Positions 22,087 through 34,147 of a DNA stretch of 64,000 nt are shown here, piece by piece (within the stretch, counting starts at the first letter, position 1; each line of letters starts with the position of its first letter). A program made the position numbers and the translations under genes. Source of the DNA: an uncultured Planctomycetaceae bacterium. GTDB taxonomy: Bacteria > Planctomycetota > Planctomycetia > Pirellulales > PALSA-1355. A model generated the notes under the pieces. The model ran no database searches and had not been told where the DNA came from. It saw only the letters and a list, made by a program, of their open reading frames with translations. The DNA lies in NCBI GenBank assembly GCA_963785305.1, contig CAWAUV010000007.1, forward strand, positions 1,952,001 through 2,016,000, given 5' to 3'.

Positions 22087-25000
22087 ATGCCGATGTCGCG
22101 AATTTCGCGAACTACTTGCTCGCCTTGGAATCGTTGGCGGGCGTTGTCGTGGTTGATCGTGTGCTTGGCCATCGCCATCGCGCGGGCCGAGGCGCAAGAT
22201 CTGTGGACAGGCGGTGGGGCCGACGCGAACTGGATGACCGCCGGCAACTGGCAGTCGGGCGCGATTCCCACGGCGGGCGACAACCTCACATTCGGCGGCT
22301 CGACGAACCCATCGCCCAATAACAACTTCGCGGCCAACACCGCGTTTTCGGGAATCACCTTCGCCAGCGGCGCCACGAATTTCACCCTGACCGGCAATTC
22401 CATCAACTTCGCCGGCGTAATCACCAACAACGCCAATAACGCCGAAACCATCAACCTGCCGCTCGCGCTCACCGCCGCCAGCACGATCGACAACACGGTC
22501 GGCAACACGATGAGCATCGGCGGCGTAATCAGCGGCGCCTATAAACTCACGTTCAACGGCTCCGGCCCGGTGGCGCTGAGCGGCGCCAATACCTTCACCG
22601 GCGGCGTCGCGCTCACCTCGGGCACGCTCGACCTGAATAGCTCCTCCGCGCTCGGAACCGGAACGCTTACGATCGCGAGCGGCGCCACGTTCGACAATAC
22701 ATCTGGCGGCGCGATCACGCTCGCCAACAACGCCGAGACCTGGAACGGATCGATCAACTACAACGGCTCGAACTCGCTCAACTTGGGAACCGGCGCCATC
22801 TCGCTCGCCTCCCCGGTCACGCTCAACGGCTACGGCAGCGTGCTCACCGTGCCCGGCGTCATCAGCGGCGCCAACAGCCTCGCCATTGCCGGATACTCGA
22901 CCGTCGTGCTCTCGGGCGCCAATACCTACTCCGGCGGTCTCACGCTTTCAGGCGGCACGCTCGACTTGAACAATGCCGGCGCACTTGGCAATGGCGGGAC
23001 GTTCACGATTTCGGGCGGCACGATCGACAATACCAGCGGCGCGGCAATCACCCTAGGCAACAATCCAGAAGCGTGGGGCTCCTCGATCAATTTCACTGGG
23101 TCGCGCTCGCTCAATCTCGGCGCCGGCGCCGTGACGCTCAACTCGACCGCTTACATTACCGTGTCGGCCAATACACTCACGGTCGGCGGCCTCATTGGCG
23201 CGGGCAGCTCGAACGGCCTCACGCTCTACGGGCCCGGCACGCTCGCGCTCATGGGCGCCGGCAACTATGCCAGCGGCTACACCGGCGCAACGACCCTGTA
23301 TTCCGGAATGCTCCAAGCCTCCGATGGCGCCGGCGGTTCGCTCGGCTCGGGTCCGCTCGCGATCAACGGTGGCACATTTCAAATCGCTTCGACCGCGAGC
23401 GGATACACCGAAAACCGAGAAGCCGGAACAGGCGCCGGACAGATTTCAATCACCAACGGCGGGTTCTCGGCGATTGGTGGCCCGGTCACGCTGGCGATCG
23501 GCGATCCGAGCGGCAGCGGTTTGGCGACGATCACCTGGAACAACTCGACTCCCACATCGCTCTATGGCGGTCAGACGCTCAATTTTGGCTCGACCACCTC
23601 CAACGCCGCGCTCACGGTGAACAACCCGATCGACCTGGCCGGCTCGTCGCAAACCATCAATGTGACCGCGGGCGTGGGCGGCGATAGCACCACATTGGCC
23701 GGTATCGTGAGCGATGGCAGCTTCACCCAAACCGGCGCCAGCACGCTGATTCTCACGAATGCCGGCAACAGCTTTACAAGCGTGACCGTGGGCGGCGGAA
23801 TCTTGCAGGCGACCGAGGGCGGCAGCCTACCCGCGACCGCGAATCTTTCGCTCGGCGGCGCTTCGACGCCCGGCATGCTCCAACTTCAGAGCGCCTCGGG
23901 CGGCGTCACCGAAAGCCGCAATGTCACCACCACAACGGGCGCGGGTAACTTGCAATTTGGCGCCGCTGGCGGCGGATTTTCAGCCGTCGGCGGGCCGATC
24001 ACGGTGTCGCTCGCGGTCGGCGGCACGGCGGGCGGCACGCTTGTCTGGGGCTCGACGCCTGGATTTCTTTCCAGCGGCGTCCCGCTCTACTTCGGCACGA
24101 CCACGGCCAACAACGTGACCACGCTCACGAACCCGATCAATTTGAACGGCGCGGCGAAAACCGTGAATGTCGCGAGCGGCGCCGGCGGCGACAGCGCCAC
24201 GATTTCCGGCGCGATTTCGTCGAGCGCCTCGGGCGGTGTGCTGGTGAAGACCGGCGCCGGCTTGCTCACGCTCACTGGAGTGAACACCTACGCCAATGGC
24301 ACGACGATCAACGGTGGCACGCTCGAAGTCAGCGGCTCGGGAACCCTCGGCGCCGTGACCACCTCGACGGCCAACACCAGCAATGTCGTGAACCTGAACA
24401 ACAGCGCCACGCTCAATCTCGGCGGAACCACGCAATCGGTCTACGCGATTGGCGGGGGCGCGGGCGGCGCGGTCGGCTCGATTCTCAACGGCACGATCGA
24501 CGTCGGCAATGGACTAATCAACCTTCGGAGCGGCACATACAACGCGAATTTTGGCGAGGTCAGCGGCTTTACGAGCGGGCGGATTTTCGTCAATGGCGGC
24601 GGCGCGTCGGCCGTGACCGTGCTGGGTGGCAACAATTCCGGACTGCAATATAGCGACACGCACACCGCGATCCTCGGCAATGGCAGCGCTGCGGGCACGA
24701 TTCAGATCACGAATCCCAACGCGCTCGGCAGCGCCGCTAGCCAGACACAAATCTTCTCCGCCATACTCGATCTCGATGGCACTGCGAACGTCTCCCAGGC
24801 GAGCATCGCGGCGTTTTCGAACACCAATGACGTCGCCCAGTTGATCAACAGCAACACGACGACCGCCGCGAGCACGGCCGCGAAAATCGAGCTCACCATG
24901 GCGGCTAACATCGATCTCGGCGGCGCGGGAAACATGACCCTGAGCGGCCCGATTCTCTGGATGCCCGGTGACAATGCGCCGACCGGCTCCAGCACTCCCG

Positions 25001-26957
25001 ATGGCGGCATCAACAAGATCGGCGCCGGCACGCTCACGATTGGCTCCTCGACCACGGCGAGCACTTATCAAGGCCCGACCGAAATTACCGCGGGCACGTT
25101 GCAAATCGCCACCGGCAGCGTGACCGCCTTGCCGGCCACGACGGCGGTGACCATCGCCAACGCCGCGGGCACGAACCTGAATCTCAACGGCACGAGCCAA
25201 ACGATCGCTTCACTCTCCGGCGGCGGCTCGCTGGGCGGCAATATCCAGCTTGGCGCCGGCGAGCTCACGATCAATGGCTCGGCCACGACCACCTATGGCG
25301 GCGTCATCAGCGGCGCCGGCGGCCTGACCATCGCCGGCACGACCAACCTCTCCCTGTCGAACACGGAAACCTACGCTGGCCCCACGACGATCTCCGGCGG
25401 CACGCTGACTCTGGGGAACGGAGCGAGTGTGTCGATCACCAATCCGAGCTTCGAGACGCCGAATATCGGCACGGGCGGCGGCGCCTATCAATACGCCCCC
25501 ACGGGCACTGGCATCGGCTGGACATTCGAGGGCTCATCGGGTAGCGGCAGCGGGCTCGCGGGAAATGGCAGCGGCTTTAACAACGCGACAGCGCCCGCCG
25601 GCACGCAAGTCGCCTTCGTCCAAGCGACGGGTTATTTTTCTCAGAGCAGCTTGGCGTTCCCAATTTCCGAAACGTATCAACTGACTTTCTATTCCGCGTA
25701 TCGAAACGGGGAGGCCGGCGTCAATCCGTTCGAAGTCGAGCTAGACGGCAAGGCGATCACGGGCTCCGCAGCCACCAGCACCATTACTCCCACCACCTAC
25801 GCGGGACAAACCGGCGCCGGGACAGGCTTGGGCGGTTACTTGGTCTACACGATCGATTTCACCGCCGCGGCTGGCGCCCACACGCTGGAGTTCCTCGGTC
25901 TCGACACCGGCGGTGGCGATCGCACTTCGTTCATCGACGACGTGCAAATCAGTGGCCTTGTCGGGGCGCTGCCGGCCACCTCCGATGTCCAACTGACTGG
26001 CAACACGTCGGTGTTAAATGCGAATAGCGCTTCTCAAACCATCGCCACGCTCTCGGGCATCGCCGGCAGCAGCGTGACGCTTGGCGCCGGCACGCTCACC
26101 ATTGGCGGCGGGAGCACGACGACCGCCGCCAATTTCCTTGGATCGATCTCCGATGCCGGCTTGGGCGGCGCCGTGGTAATGAACGCTCCAGGCGTCGTCG
26201 AAACCTTTTCCGGCGCCAACACCTACACCGGCGCGACCACGATCAGCGCCGGCTCGTTGCTCATTGATGGCTCGCACGGAGCGAGCGGCGCCTATGCCGG
26301 AAATTATGCCGTGAGCGGTGGAACCCTGGGCGGCTCGGGCAGCATCAACTTCGCCACCACCGCCACCAGCGGCGCGACCGTGGCCGCGGCGCATTCTTCA
26401 TGCCCGGATACAATCCCGCGGCCGGCGCCGTGTCGACCACCAACAGCACCCTCACCGTGACCACGAACAGCGGCGCTGGCGGAAACACCGCGCTGACCAT
26501 GGCCTCGGGCTCGACCTTCGAAGTGAATCTCAACTCGGCGATGGCCGTGACGCTCAACGGAGCGAACGCTCCCACCGGCGGATTCGCCTACCTCAACGCC
26601 GACGGAAGCATCGTGAATCTCAATGGCGGCTCCGCGGGCGCCGGCGCAACGCTCACCGTGCTCGCCGATGGCACGATCCACGCCGGGCAAAGCTACCTGC
26701 TGATCGACCCCAGCCAGTTGACCGGCGCCTTTACCAGTTCGGGCATCACGACCGGCGCCGAGAGCTTGCCCTACACGCTCACCTATCTTGGCCCAGCGGG
26801 CAACAACGATGTCGTGCTCACGGTCGTGCCCGAACCTTCGACCGCCCTCTTGGGCTCGCTCGCCGGGGCTGCGGCGGCCTTCTGTTTGGCGCGGCGGCGG
26901 AGAGCGGCGGCGCGTTGCTCGGACCGCCGTCGAAGCGCGGCGGCGCGCGCGGCTTGA
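22087..26957 (+). CDS. Large autotransporter-associated beta-strand (PATR) repeat surface protein with PEP-CTERM anchor (indel near 26390)
   Basis: Signal peptide, WTGGGADANWMTAGNW, repeated LSGANT(F/Y)TGG-LTSGTL units, C-terminal VVPEPSTALLGSLAG...RRRR. No beta-barrel. Confidence 0.88.
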
Positions 26958-27085
26958 CTTGCCGGACCGGCGGCCCCCACAATGATAAGATATCGCGATC
27001 AGAGCGAGTCTATTGCCTCGCGCGCCGCTGTTTCGCATTTCGGGCCAACCGTTTGGCCTTTCGCATTTTCAAGGAATCGTGCGTT

Positions 27086-28972
27086 ATGCGTTCGTCACCT
27101 CGCTGGCTCCGCGTTTCGCGCCGCGTGACCGGGGCTGCTTGGCCCCTGGCGGCTCTGGTCATGGGTTTTGCCTCGCTCGCCGCTTTGCCGGAGCTCGAGG
27201 CTCGCGAGCCTCGGCATAAGGCCGACGCCGAAGCCTCGAAAGACACGGACGCCAAGAAACCCCAATTCGCGCTCCTCACGCTCAAAAGCGACTACGACGA
27301 AGGAACCGCCGGCAGCGGCCTGTTTGGCGAGATTCAACTCCATTTGAAAGACATCATCGACCGGCTCGATAAGATCGCCGCCGACGACAAACTGCAAGGC
27401 GCGATCATCAAGCTCCGCGCGCCCGGCCTGGGATTGGGCAAAGTCGACGAGCTCCGCGGCGCTATTGCCCGAGCCCGCAAGGCCGGCAAGAAAGTCTACG
27501 CCAATATCGAATCCGTGGCCACGAAGGACTATCTGATCGCCAGCGCCTGCGACGAGATCGTGATGGCCCCGTCGGGCGATCTGCTGATCACTGGCCTACG
27601 GGCCGAAGTCACCTTCTACAAGGGTCTGTTCGACAAGCTCGGAGTGCAGGCCGACATTATCCAAGTGGGCGATTTCAAGGGGGCCGCCGAGCCGTATACC
27701 CGGGCCGAAATGAGTCCCGAGTTTCGCAAGCAGCTCGAAAGCGTGATCGAGGATTATTACGCGCAGATCGTCGAACGCATCGGCGCCGATCGCAAGCTCG
27801 ACCCGGGCCAGGTGAAGGACCTCATCGACGAGGGGCTGCTCAGCGCCGCGCGGGCCAAGGAGGCGAAGCTGGTCGACCATGTGCTCTATGAAGACCAATT
27901 TCGCGAGCACCTGAAAACCACGCTCAAGGCCGACGATGTGAAGTTCGTGAAAGACTATGGCAAAAAGAAGCTCGACGCCGACTTTTCCGGCCTGGGCGGC
28001 TTCATGAAGCTCATGGAATTGATGATGGGAGTCGAGCCGCCGGCCAAGGTCAGCCGCAACGACAAGATCGCCCTGATCTACGCCGTGGGCGTGATCTCCG
28101 ATGACGAAGGCGCCGGCAGCCCGCTGATGGAGGCCGAAGGCATCACCAGCGAAGTCACGATCAAGGCGATTCGCGAGGCCGAAGCCGACGAGAAGGTCAA
28201 GGCGATCGTGCTCCGGGTGGATAGCCCTGGCGGATCGGCCCTGGCCAGCGATCTGATTTGGCGCGAGATCGTGCGCGCCAAGAAGCCGATCGTGGCCAGC
28301 ATGGGCGACACGGCCGCCAGCGGTGGCTATTACATCTCGATGGGCTGCGACAAGATCGTGGCCGAGCCCGGCACGCTCACCGGTTCGATCGGAGTGGTGG
28401 GCGGCAAGATGGCCATCAAGGGCTTGCTCTCGAAAGTGGGCGTCACGACCGACGTGATCCAGCGAGGCAAGAACAGCGGGACATTTTCGAGCATGGACGG
28501 TTTCACCGACAGCGAGCGCGAAGCCTGGAAACGCATGATGCAGGAAGTCTACAAGCAGTTCACCACCAAAGCCGCCGAAGGCCGCAAAATGGACCTCGCC
28601 AAGTTGGAAGGCCTCGCCGGCGGCCGGGTGTTCAGCGGGCGCATGGCCTTGGCCAACGGGCTCGTCGATCAACTCGGCACCTTGCACGACGCGATCGCCG
28701 AGGCCAAAACCTTGGGCGGTCTCAAGAGCGACGATAAGGTTGATCTGTTGATCCTGCCGAAGCCGAAGAACTTTTTCGAGCAACTGCTCGAAGGCCCCCA
28801 GGTCGAGAGCCATTTAAGCGCTCCCGGCGCCTCGCTCGCGCTCTTGGCCTCGCCGGGAGCGAGCCTCGTGCCCGAGGAACTGCGGCCACTGGTTCGCGAC
28901 GCGCGCGCCTGGAGCCGGTTGTTCCACAAACCGGTGACGCTGGCGCTGCCCTATTCGATCGAATTCAAATAG
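27086..28972 (+). CDS. sppA: Signal peptide peptidase SppA (67K type)
   Basis: Tandem S49 domains: YLIASACDEI, VGDFKGAAEPY, VLRVDSPGGSALASD, SMGDTAASGGYYI, TLTGSIGV, GGRVFSG. Confidence 0.93.
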   Translation: MRSSPRWLRVSRRVTGAAWPLAALVMGFASLAALPELEAREPRHKADAEASKDTDAKKPQFALLTLKSDYDEGTAGSGLFGEIQLHLKDIIDRLDKIAADDKLQGAIIKLRAPGLGLGKVDELRGAIARARKAGKKVYANIESVATKDYLIASACDEIVMAPSGDLLITGLRAEVTFYKGLFDKLGVQADIIQVGDFKGAAEPYTRAEMSPEFRKQLESVIEDYYAQIVERIGADRKLDPGQVKDLIDEGLLSAARAKEAKLVDHVLYEDQFREHLKTTLKADDVKFVKDYGKKKLDADFSGLGGFMKLMELMMGVEPPAKVSRNDKIALIYAVGVISDDEGAGSPLMEAEGITSEVTIKAIREAEADEKVKAIVLRVDSPGGSALASDLIWREIVRAKKPIVASMGDTAASGGYYISMGCDKIVAEPGTLTGSIGVVGGKMAIKGLLSKVGVTTDVIQRGKNSGTFSSMDGFTDSEREAWKRMMQEVYKQFTTKAAEGRKMDLAKLEGLAGGRVFSGRMALANGLVDQLGTLHDAIAEAKTLGGLKSDDKVDLLILPKPKNFFEQLLEGPQVESHLSAPGASLALLASPGASLVPEELRPLVRDARAWSRLFHKPVTLALPYSIEFK

Positions 28973-29442
28973 CATTTCCAAGGGCATCCTACAAAGATCG
29001 AGGTGCTTCTCGATGGCGGCTTGAGGTTCGGCCAGCCCAGAGGATCCAGTGCGGAAACGACGTCATGGTTTTCCATATTTTTCTGGAACGGCCTCATGCG
29101 CTGCGCGCAACGACGACCAATAGCGGCCGACGTCCCGCGAAAACTTTCGGGGACTCGCTCATTACGCGACGTCATTCGATCAATATATGCCTGTCCCCTG
29201 GATCCTTGGTTATCCCGTTGACTCCCCCCCTTCCACGCGAAGAACCATGCGCACGACTGAGGTAACATTGTGGCGGATGCTGGAACAAAACCTCGCGTCT
29301 TCGTCTGCTCATCCAAAGAAGGACTTCGGATCGCTTATGCCCTCCAAGCCGACATGAAGCATGATGCAGAGGTGACTGTCTGGCCGCAAGGGACCTTCGG
29401 ACCATCGGAATACCCGCTCGAGTCGCTGACGAAAGCATTAGA

Positions 29443-31332
29443 CCTTAAACCAGTATCCCTTTGAGGGCGTGGGCGGGGAGATTTTTGGAAAAAAGCGAAA
29501 TCCCTCGGCGGATTTGCGGTATTCTGTGTTTTTTGCCAAACGCGAACACCGTGGCCACCGAGGGATTTCGAGTGAAAGCCAAGAACCAAAGAGCGCGGGC
29601 CAAGACCCAGAGAACACAGGCCAAGATACGCCGACGTCTCGCCGCATGCAAGCGGCGGGTCGAGCGGCGCATCGACAAGCACAACTGCGAGGGTTGCGAG
29701 CGCCCGATCATGCGGCCCGGCAATATCAAGTATGAGCTTGCGGAGCGCGCGCAAGGCATGGCTTATGGCGGCTTGGGCGCGATGCGGTTGCTGGTCCAAG
29801 AACTGGGGCTGGCCGAAGCGATCGATCGGCGATTGCATTCTGCTCAAGGTGCATCTGCCATATCATGAGAGCGATCATGTGCTCAACCTAGCGTTCAACG
29901 CCTTGTGCGACGGCGATTGCCTGGAAGACCTCGAACTGCGCCGCAACGACGAAGTCTATCTCGACGCGCTCGGCGCCCGGCGCGTGCCCGACCCGACGAC
30001 GGCGGGCGACTTCTGCCGCCGTTTCACGCCGAGCGACGTGCGTGCGCTGCAAGAAGCTTTCCACGAAACACGACATAAAGCTTGGGCCCGCCAGCCCGCC
30101 GAGTTCTTCGCCCAAGCCCGCATCGACATGGACGGCGTGTTCGCGCCCACCGGCGGCCAGTGCAAGGAGGGCATGGACATCTCCCACAAGGGCGAGTGGG
30201 GCTATCATCCGCTGGTCGTGTCGCTGGCCAACACGGGCGAAGTGTTCTCGATCGTCAACCGCTCGGGCAACCGGCCCAGCCACGAAGGGGCGGCGGCCGA
30301 AGTCGATCGCGCGCTGGAAGTCTGCTTCGCCGGCGGCTTTCGCAAGGTGTTGCTCCGCGGCGACACCGACTTCTCGCAGACGACGCATTTGGACCGCTGG
30401 ACGGACGACCCGCGCGTGCGATTCGTGTTCGGCATGGACGCCAAGCTGAAATTGCAGCTTTTGGCCGACGACTTGAAGGACAAGGCCTGGCAACCGCTCG
30501 AGCGGCGCCGCGTTACGCCGTGAAGACCAAACGCCGTGCGCGGCCGACCAATGTTAAGGAAGGCATCGTGCGCGAGCGGGGATTCAAGAACCTGCGGCTG
30601 GTGGGCGAAGAGGTCGCCGAGTTCGATTATCGACCCACGGCGTGCAAGAAGGTGTACCGCCTGGTGGTGGTGCGCAAGTGGATCGACGAGCACCAAGGTC
30701 AGCGGACGCTGTTTTCCAGCTATCGCTACTTCTTCTACTTGACGAACGATCGCGAGCTCACGCCGGCCGAAGTGGTGTTCGAGGCGAACGACCGCTGCGA
30801 TCAAGAGAACCTGAACGCGCAGCTTAAGGCGCGGTGCGCCTTGCACGCGCCGGTCGACAACTTGGTGAGCAACTGGGCCTACATGGTGATGGTCTCGCTG
30901 GCCTGGAACCTGAAGGCGTGGTGGGCCTTGCTCTTGCCCGAGCCGCCGGGCCGCGAACAAGAACTCCGGCGCGAGGAAAAGAAGACGGTGCTCAAGATGG
31001 AGTTCAAGACATTCCGCAACGCTTTCATTCGGATGCCATGTCAAATCGTGCGTGGCGGGCGAAGATTGATCTATCGTTTGTTGGGTTGGAATCGCTGGCA
31101 AGTCGTGTTGTTTCGCTGGCTGGACGGCCTGCGATGTTGACGCCGATCAATTGAAGCCGGAGTCCGGACGCTCCGGTCCGCCGCCACGCCGAACCAGGAA
31201 AGCCAACCGCCAATGCCAAACAAAAACCCGCCGCCGAGAGTAGCGCCGCCGCCGGCGCCGCCCGCTCACGCCGTGCGCACCGCCAGCCACGCGAAACCGG
31301 CGCAAAACGCAACCGCGTACGCTTGTTTAAGG
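29443..31332 (+). mobile_element. IS1380-family insertion sequence
   Basis: Terminal IR core CCTTAAAC / GTTTAAGG. Perfect 6-bp target duplication ATTAGA at 29437-29442 and 31333-31338. Confidence 0.9.
29572..31140 (+). CDS. IS1380-family transposase (indels near 29840 and 30505)
   Basis: HLPYHESDHVLNLAFN, PDPTTAGDFCRRF, IDMDG, GYHPLVVSLAN, LRGDTDFS, ANDRCDQENLNAQLK, NWAYMVMVSLAWNLKAW. Confidence 0.9.
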
Positions 31333-32230
31333 ATTAGATCAGTGTGACTTTGGGATGTTCGTGTTCTCGCCCGACGACGTCGCGATGATGCGCGACCGCG
31401 CGATGCCGATTGTGCGGGATAATGTAATATTTGAGCTTGGACTTTTCATCGGGCGGCTCGGCAGAGAGCGCAACTTTATAATTTCGCCGAATGATGCGCA
31501 TGACCTCCACCTTCCGAGCGATTTAAGCGGCATCACGCCGATCCGTTTCGATCCGAATCGCGAAGATGGGAATTTGCTGGCGGCAATCGGCGCCGAGACA
31601 TTCCCAATTAAGACGTCGCTCAAGTCGCGGGGTCGCTTCTCTGCAACCACGAATGCCCCGCCTGCTAAAGGAAAGACTCTCATCGGGGAGACGAACGGTG
31701 CGGAGCAAACCGAATTGACGCGAGACGGCGGCACGCCCACCGGCGGCCTGAACGCCGGAGATTCGCCTAGCAATCGCTTCATCATTGCGGCCAGCAGGAC
31801 CTACTGCATTTCGCTGAAAGTCGCGGCCAGCTCGATCGGGGGCGCTGTCGTTGGCTCGTTTCTCCGCAAACTGGTCGTGCGGAACGCTGGCGCCACCGCT
31901 TCAGCCGTGGCCATCGTTTCGCATTCGTGCGATTATGATTACAACCCCTCGGGCCTCGGGTTGACAGTGCAGGCCGATACGACCAATGGTTCGGTGCAAG
32001 TGCTCGTTACCGGGTTGGCGTCGACCGAGGTTCGTTGGCTCGCCGAGCTCGACTCTCTGGAGATCACGAACTGATGACGACGCACATTCGAGACTCGTCC
32101 GCCGCCATGATCTGACGCAAATGGTGCAGAGGGCGGCAGGCGAATAGGTGTCGCCGATTAGTATCTTCGGGCTTGGCGCGAATAAGTTCGATATATGCGT
32201 CATCGGTCTCACGGCCTGTCTCCCGATTCT

Positions 32231-33610
32231 TCACCAACGGGCTTCCAGGCCGGCGCTCACGCCTTGCAGCAAGACGCTGCCGCCGTGGTTGTGGGCCGTG
32301 CCGCTGTTGGCGCCCAGGTTGAAGTCGAGCTGGTTGGGGGCCAGGGCTAGGCCGTCGATCCAGATCAGGTTGTAGCCGCCGCGCAGCATCAGGCGATCCG
32401 TCAACCGAACGCCAAGGTTGAGGTTCAAGTCCGCCACGAACGCCACGCCGGCGTGGGAGAGCCAGTTGTCTTCATAGACCGCTTGGTTGCCATAGTCTTG
32501 AATCAGCGTGCGCTGCCAGAACTGGTTGCCGAATAGGCCGAACTTATCGGTAATGTCCCAGTGCAAGCGTTTCCAATCGCCTTGGGCCCGAGTGCCGATC
32601 TGGGCGCCCCAGAGATTGTTGTAGGTCCAGGTCGCGTAGTCGCTGCTTTCGGGCATGCCCTGGTAGGTCGAAGCGCCGCTAATATCGAAGTACTCGTTCC
32701 ACGAGATGTAGCGCACTCCGGCCAGCAAGGTCACGCGGCCCAGCGGCCTGAGCCAATTGAGTTCGAAGTTTTCGAGCTGCGAGTTGTAGCTGCCGCGAAT
32801 CGAATTGGCGAAGCTGTAATCGTAGCCATAGTAGCCCAGAGCGCCGGGCGCCGACACGGCGCCGCCATTGTTGGCCGAGGCCGAGGCGTTGAAGTCTTGA
32901 AAGCCGAACCAGGTCGCTTCGAGCGCATTGCCGTTTTGGAAGCGATAGCCGGCAATGAGACGTGCGCCGGGCGCCCAGTTCGTAAAGGCGAGCTCGCGGG
33001 TGGTCAAGATCGTGGCGCCGGTGTAGGTGTTCACGGCAAACGGCTGGTCGATGCTCTGGTTATTGCGATGCAGCACCAGCGTTTCCAGCGAAACATAAAA
33101 ACCGGCGCCGCTTCCGGCCGGCGTGAGCCAGGGATTGAGCCAGTCGGCTTGGTCGGTCGCGGGATCGGGCGCCATGCTCTGGAGAAATGAACTTTGCCCG
33201 CTCGGCGTCGGTGCGTGGCTCGGCGCGACCGAAGGACCTGGCGCGACCGATGGACTCGGCGCCACCGAAGGACTCGGCGCGGCCGATGGGAAGGGCAGGA
33301 CCGATGGGCCCGGCGTGGCGGATGGACCCAAGGCGAATGTTGGACCCGGGGCGAACAATGGGCCCTGCGTCGTCGCGGGGCTTGTCGCGGCGCTGGGGGC
33401 ATATCCCGGCGTGGGGAAGCTGGGCGTGGGAATATTCGGCGCCGCGGGCTGAACCACCGCCGGCAAGCCCATGGTTTGGTCCGAGGGCGCTTGGCTCCAG
33501 GCGATGCGCGGCGAGAGCAACATCGCCGCGGCGAACCAGAGCCCGATCCGTTTCACTCGGCCCGCGCGGAGATCACGCCGGGCGAATAAAAACCCGCGGC
33601 TGGCTTGCAT
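32231..33610 (-). CDS. BBP7-like planctomycete outer-membrane beta-barrel protein
   Basis: Signal peptide, Pro/Ser-rich linker with 18-bp tandem repeats (PSPSVA, about 33222-33290), YNSQLENFELN, LLAGVRYI, LRGGYNLIWIDGLALAPNQ, terminal GVSAGLEARW. Start uncertain (33556 or 33610). Confidence 0.8.
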   Translation of the reverse strand: MQASRGFLFARRDLRAGRVKRIGLWFAAAMLLSPRIAWSQAPSDQTMGLPAVVQPAAPNIPTPSFPTPGYAPSAATSPATTQGPLFAPGPTFALGPSATPGPSVLPFPSAAPSPSVAPSPSVAPGPSVAPSHAPTPSGQSSFLQSMAPDPATDQADWLNPWLTPAGSGAGFYVSLETLVLHRNNQSIDQPFAVNTYTGATILTTRELAFTNWAPGARLIAGYRFQNGNALEATWFGFQDFNASASANNGGAVSAPGALGYYGYDYSFANSIRGSYNSQLENFELNWLRPLGRVTLLAGVRYISWNEYFDISGASTYQGMPESSDYATWTYNNLWGAQIGTRAQGDWKRLHWDITDKFGLFGNQFWQRTLIQDYGNQAVYEDNWLSHAGVAFVADLNLNLGVRLTDRLMLRGGYNLIWIDGLALAPNQLDFNLGANSGTAHNHGGSVLLQGVSAGLEARW

Positions 33611-34147
33611 GCCTGGTCTTTTTGATGGGGCGATTGAAAACCGGGAACCGAGTGGGCGGCGAAGAATCGCAAAAAAGGGGAAACGGCGCCAGCCCCGCTC
33701 GGGCGGCGATGCGGTAATTCGCATCGAATCCAGCAAGCCCCGGCGGTCGCCGGCGCCCGCGGCGCTATCGCCGGCGCTGGCGCCGCATTCGCTTGCATTT
33801 TGGTTTTTTTCCGGGCCGCGGAACCGGCGGAATAGCCAGTCGCGAACTCGCCTTGCTTTGTCGCAATACTTTAGATATTCCTACGCCGCCTTGGCTTGGG
33901 GCAACTTGGCCCAAGCGTTCCCATCTCATGGATGAAGCGACTCAAAGGCAAGTCGCGACGGACTTTGGAAAACGTCTGGCAATCGCCGCGGTGGAACAAT
34001 AAGAGTCAAAGCTATTTTGCTCCCTCGAGGCCATTTTCCCCTGGCGGACGGAAAATGGGCGCCTCGCGGAAGCGGCGCTTCAGACATTTACCTTTCCGGT
34101 GTGCATTCTCATCTTTGCATTCGATCAACAAGCACGGAACGAGCTTG

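Larger units (their letters stand above)
29270..32074 (+). pseudogene. TIR (Cap12/Pycsar-type nucleotide-binding) domain fused to a phage-structural-like domain, interrupted by IS1380
   Basis: 5' part [20 protein letters not shown]...[23 protein letters not shown] (29270-29442) rejoins in frame with DQCDFGMFVFSPDD...RDNVIFELGLFIGRLGRER...LPSDLSGIT (31339-32074). RBS GAGG at 29259. Confidence 0.9.

Noticed and set aside
22087..26957. Classical autotransporter
   Set aside because: No C-terminal beta-barrel; the protein ends in a PEP-CTERM signal.
29270..32074. CBASS, Pycsar or Thoeris operon around the TIR gene
   Set aside because: No cyclase, STING, cNMP-binding or ThsA-like gene is adjacent; the flanks are sppA and a BBP7-type gene.
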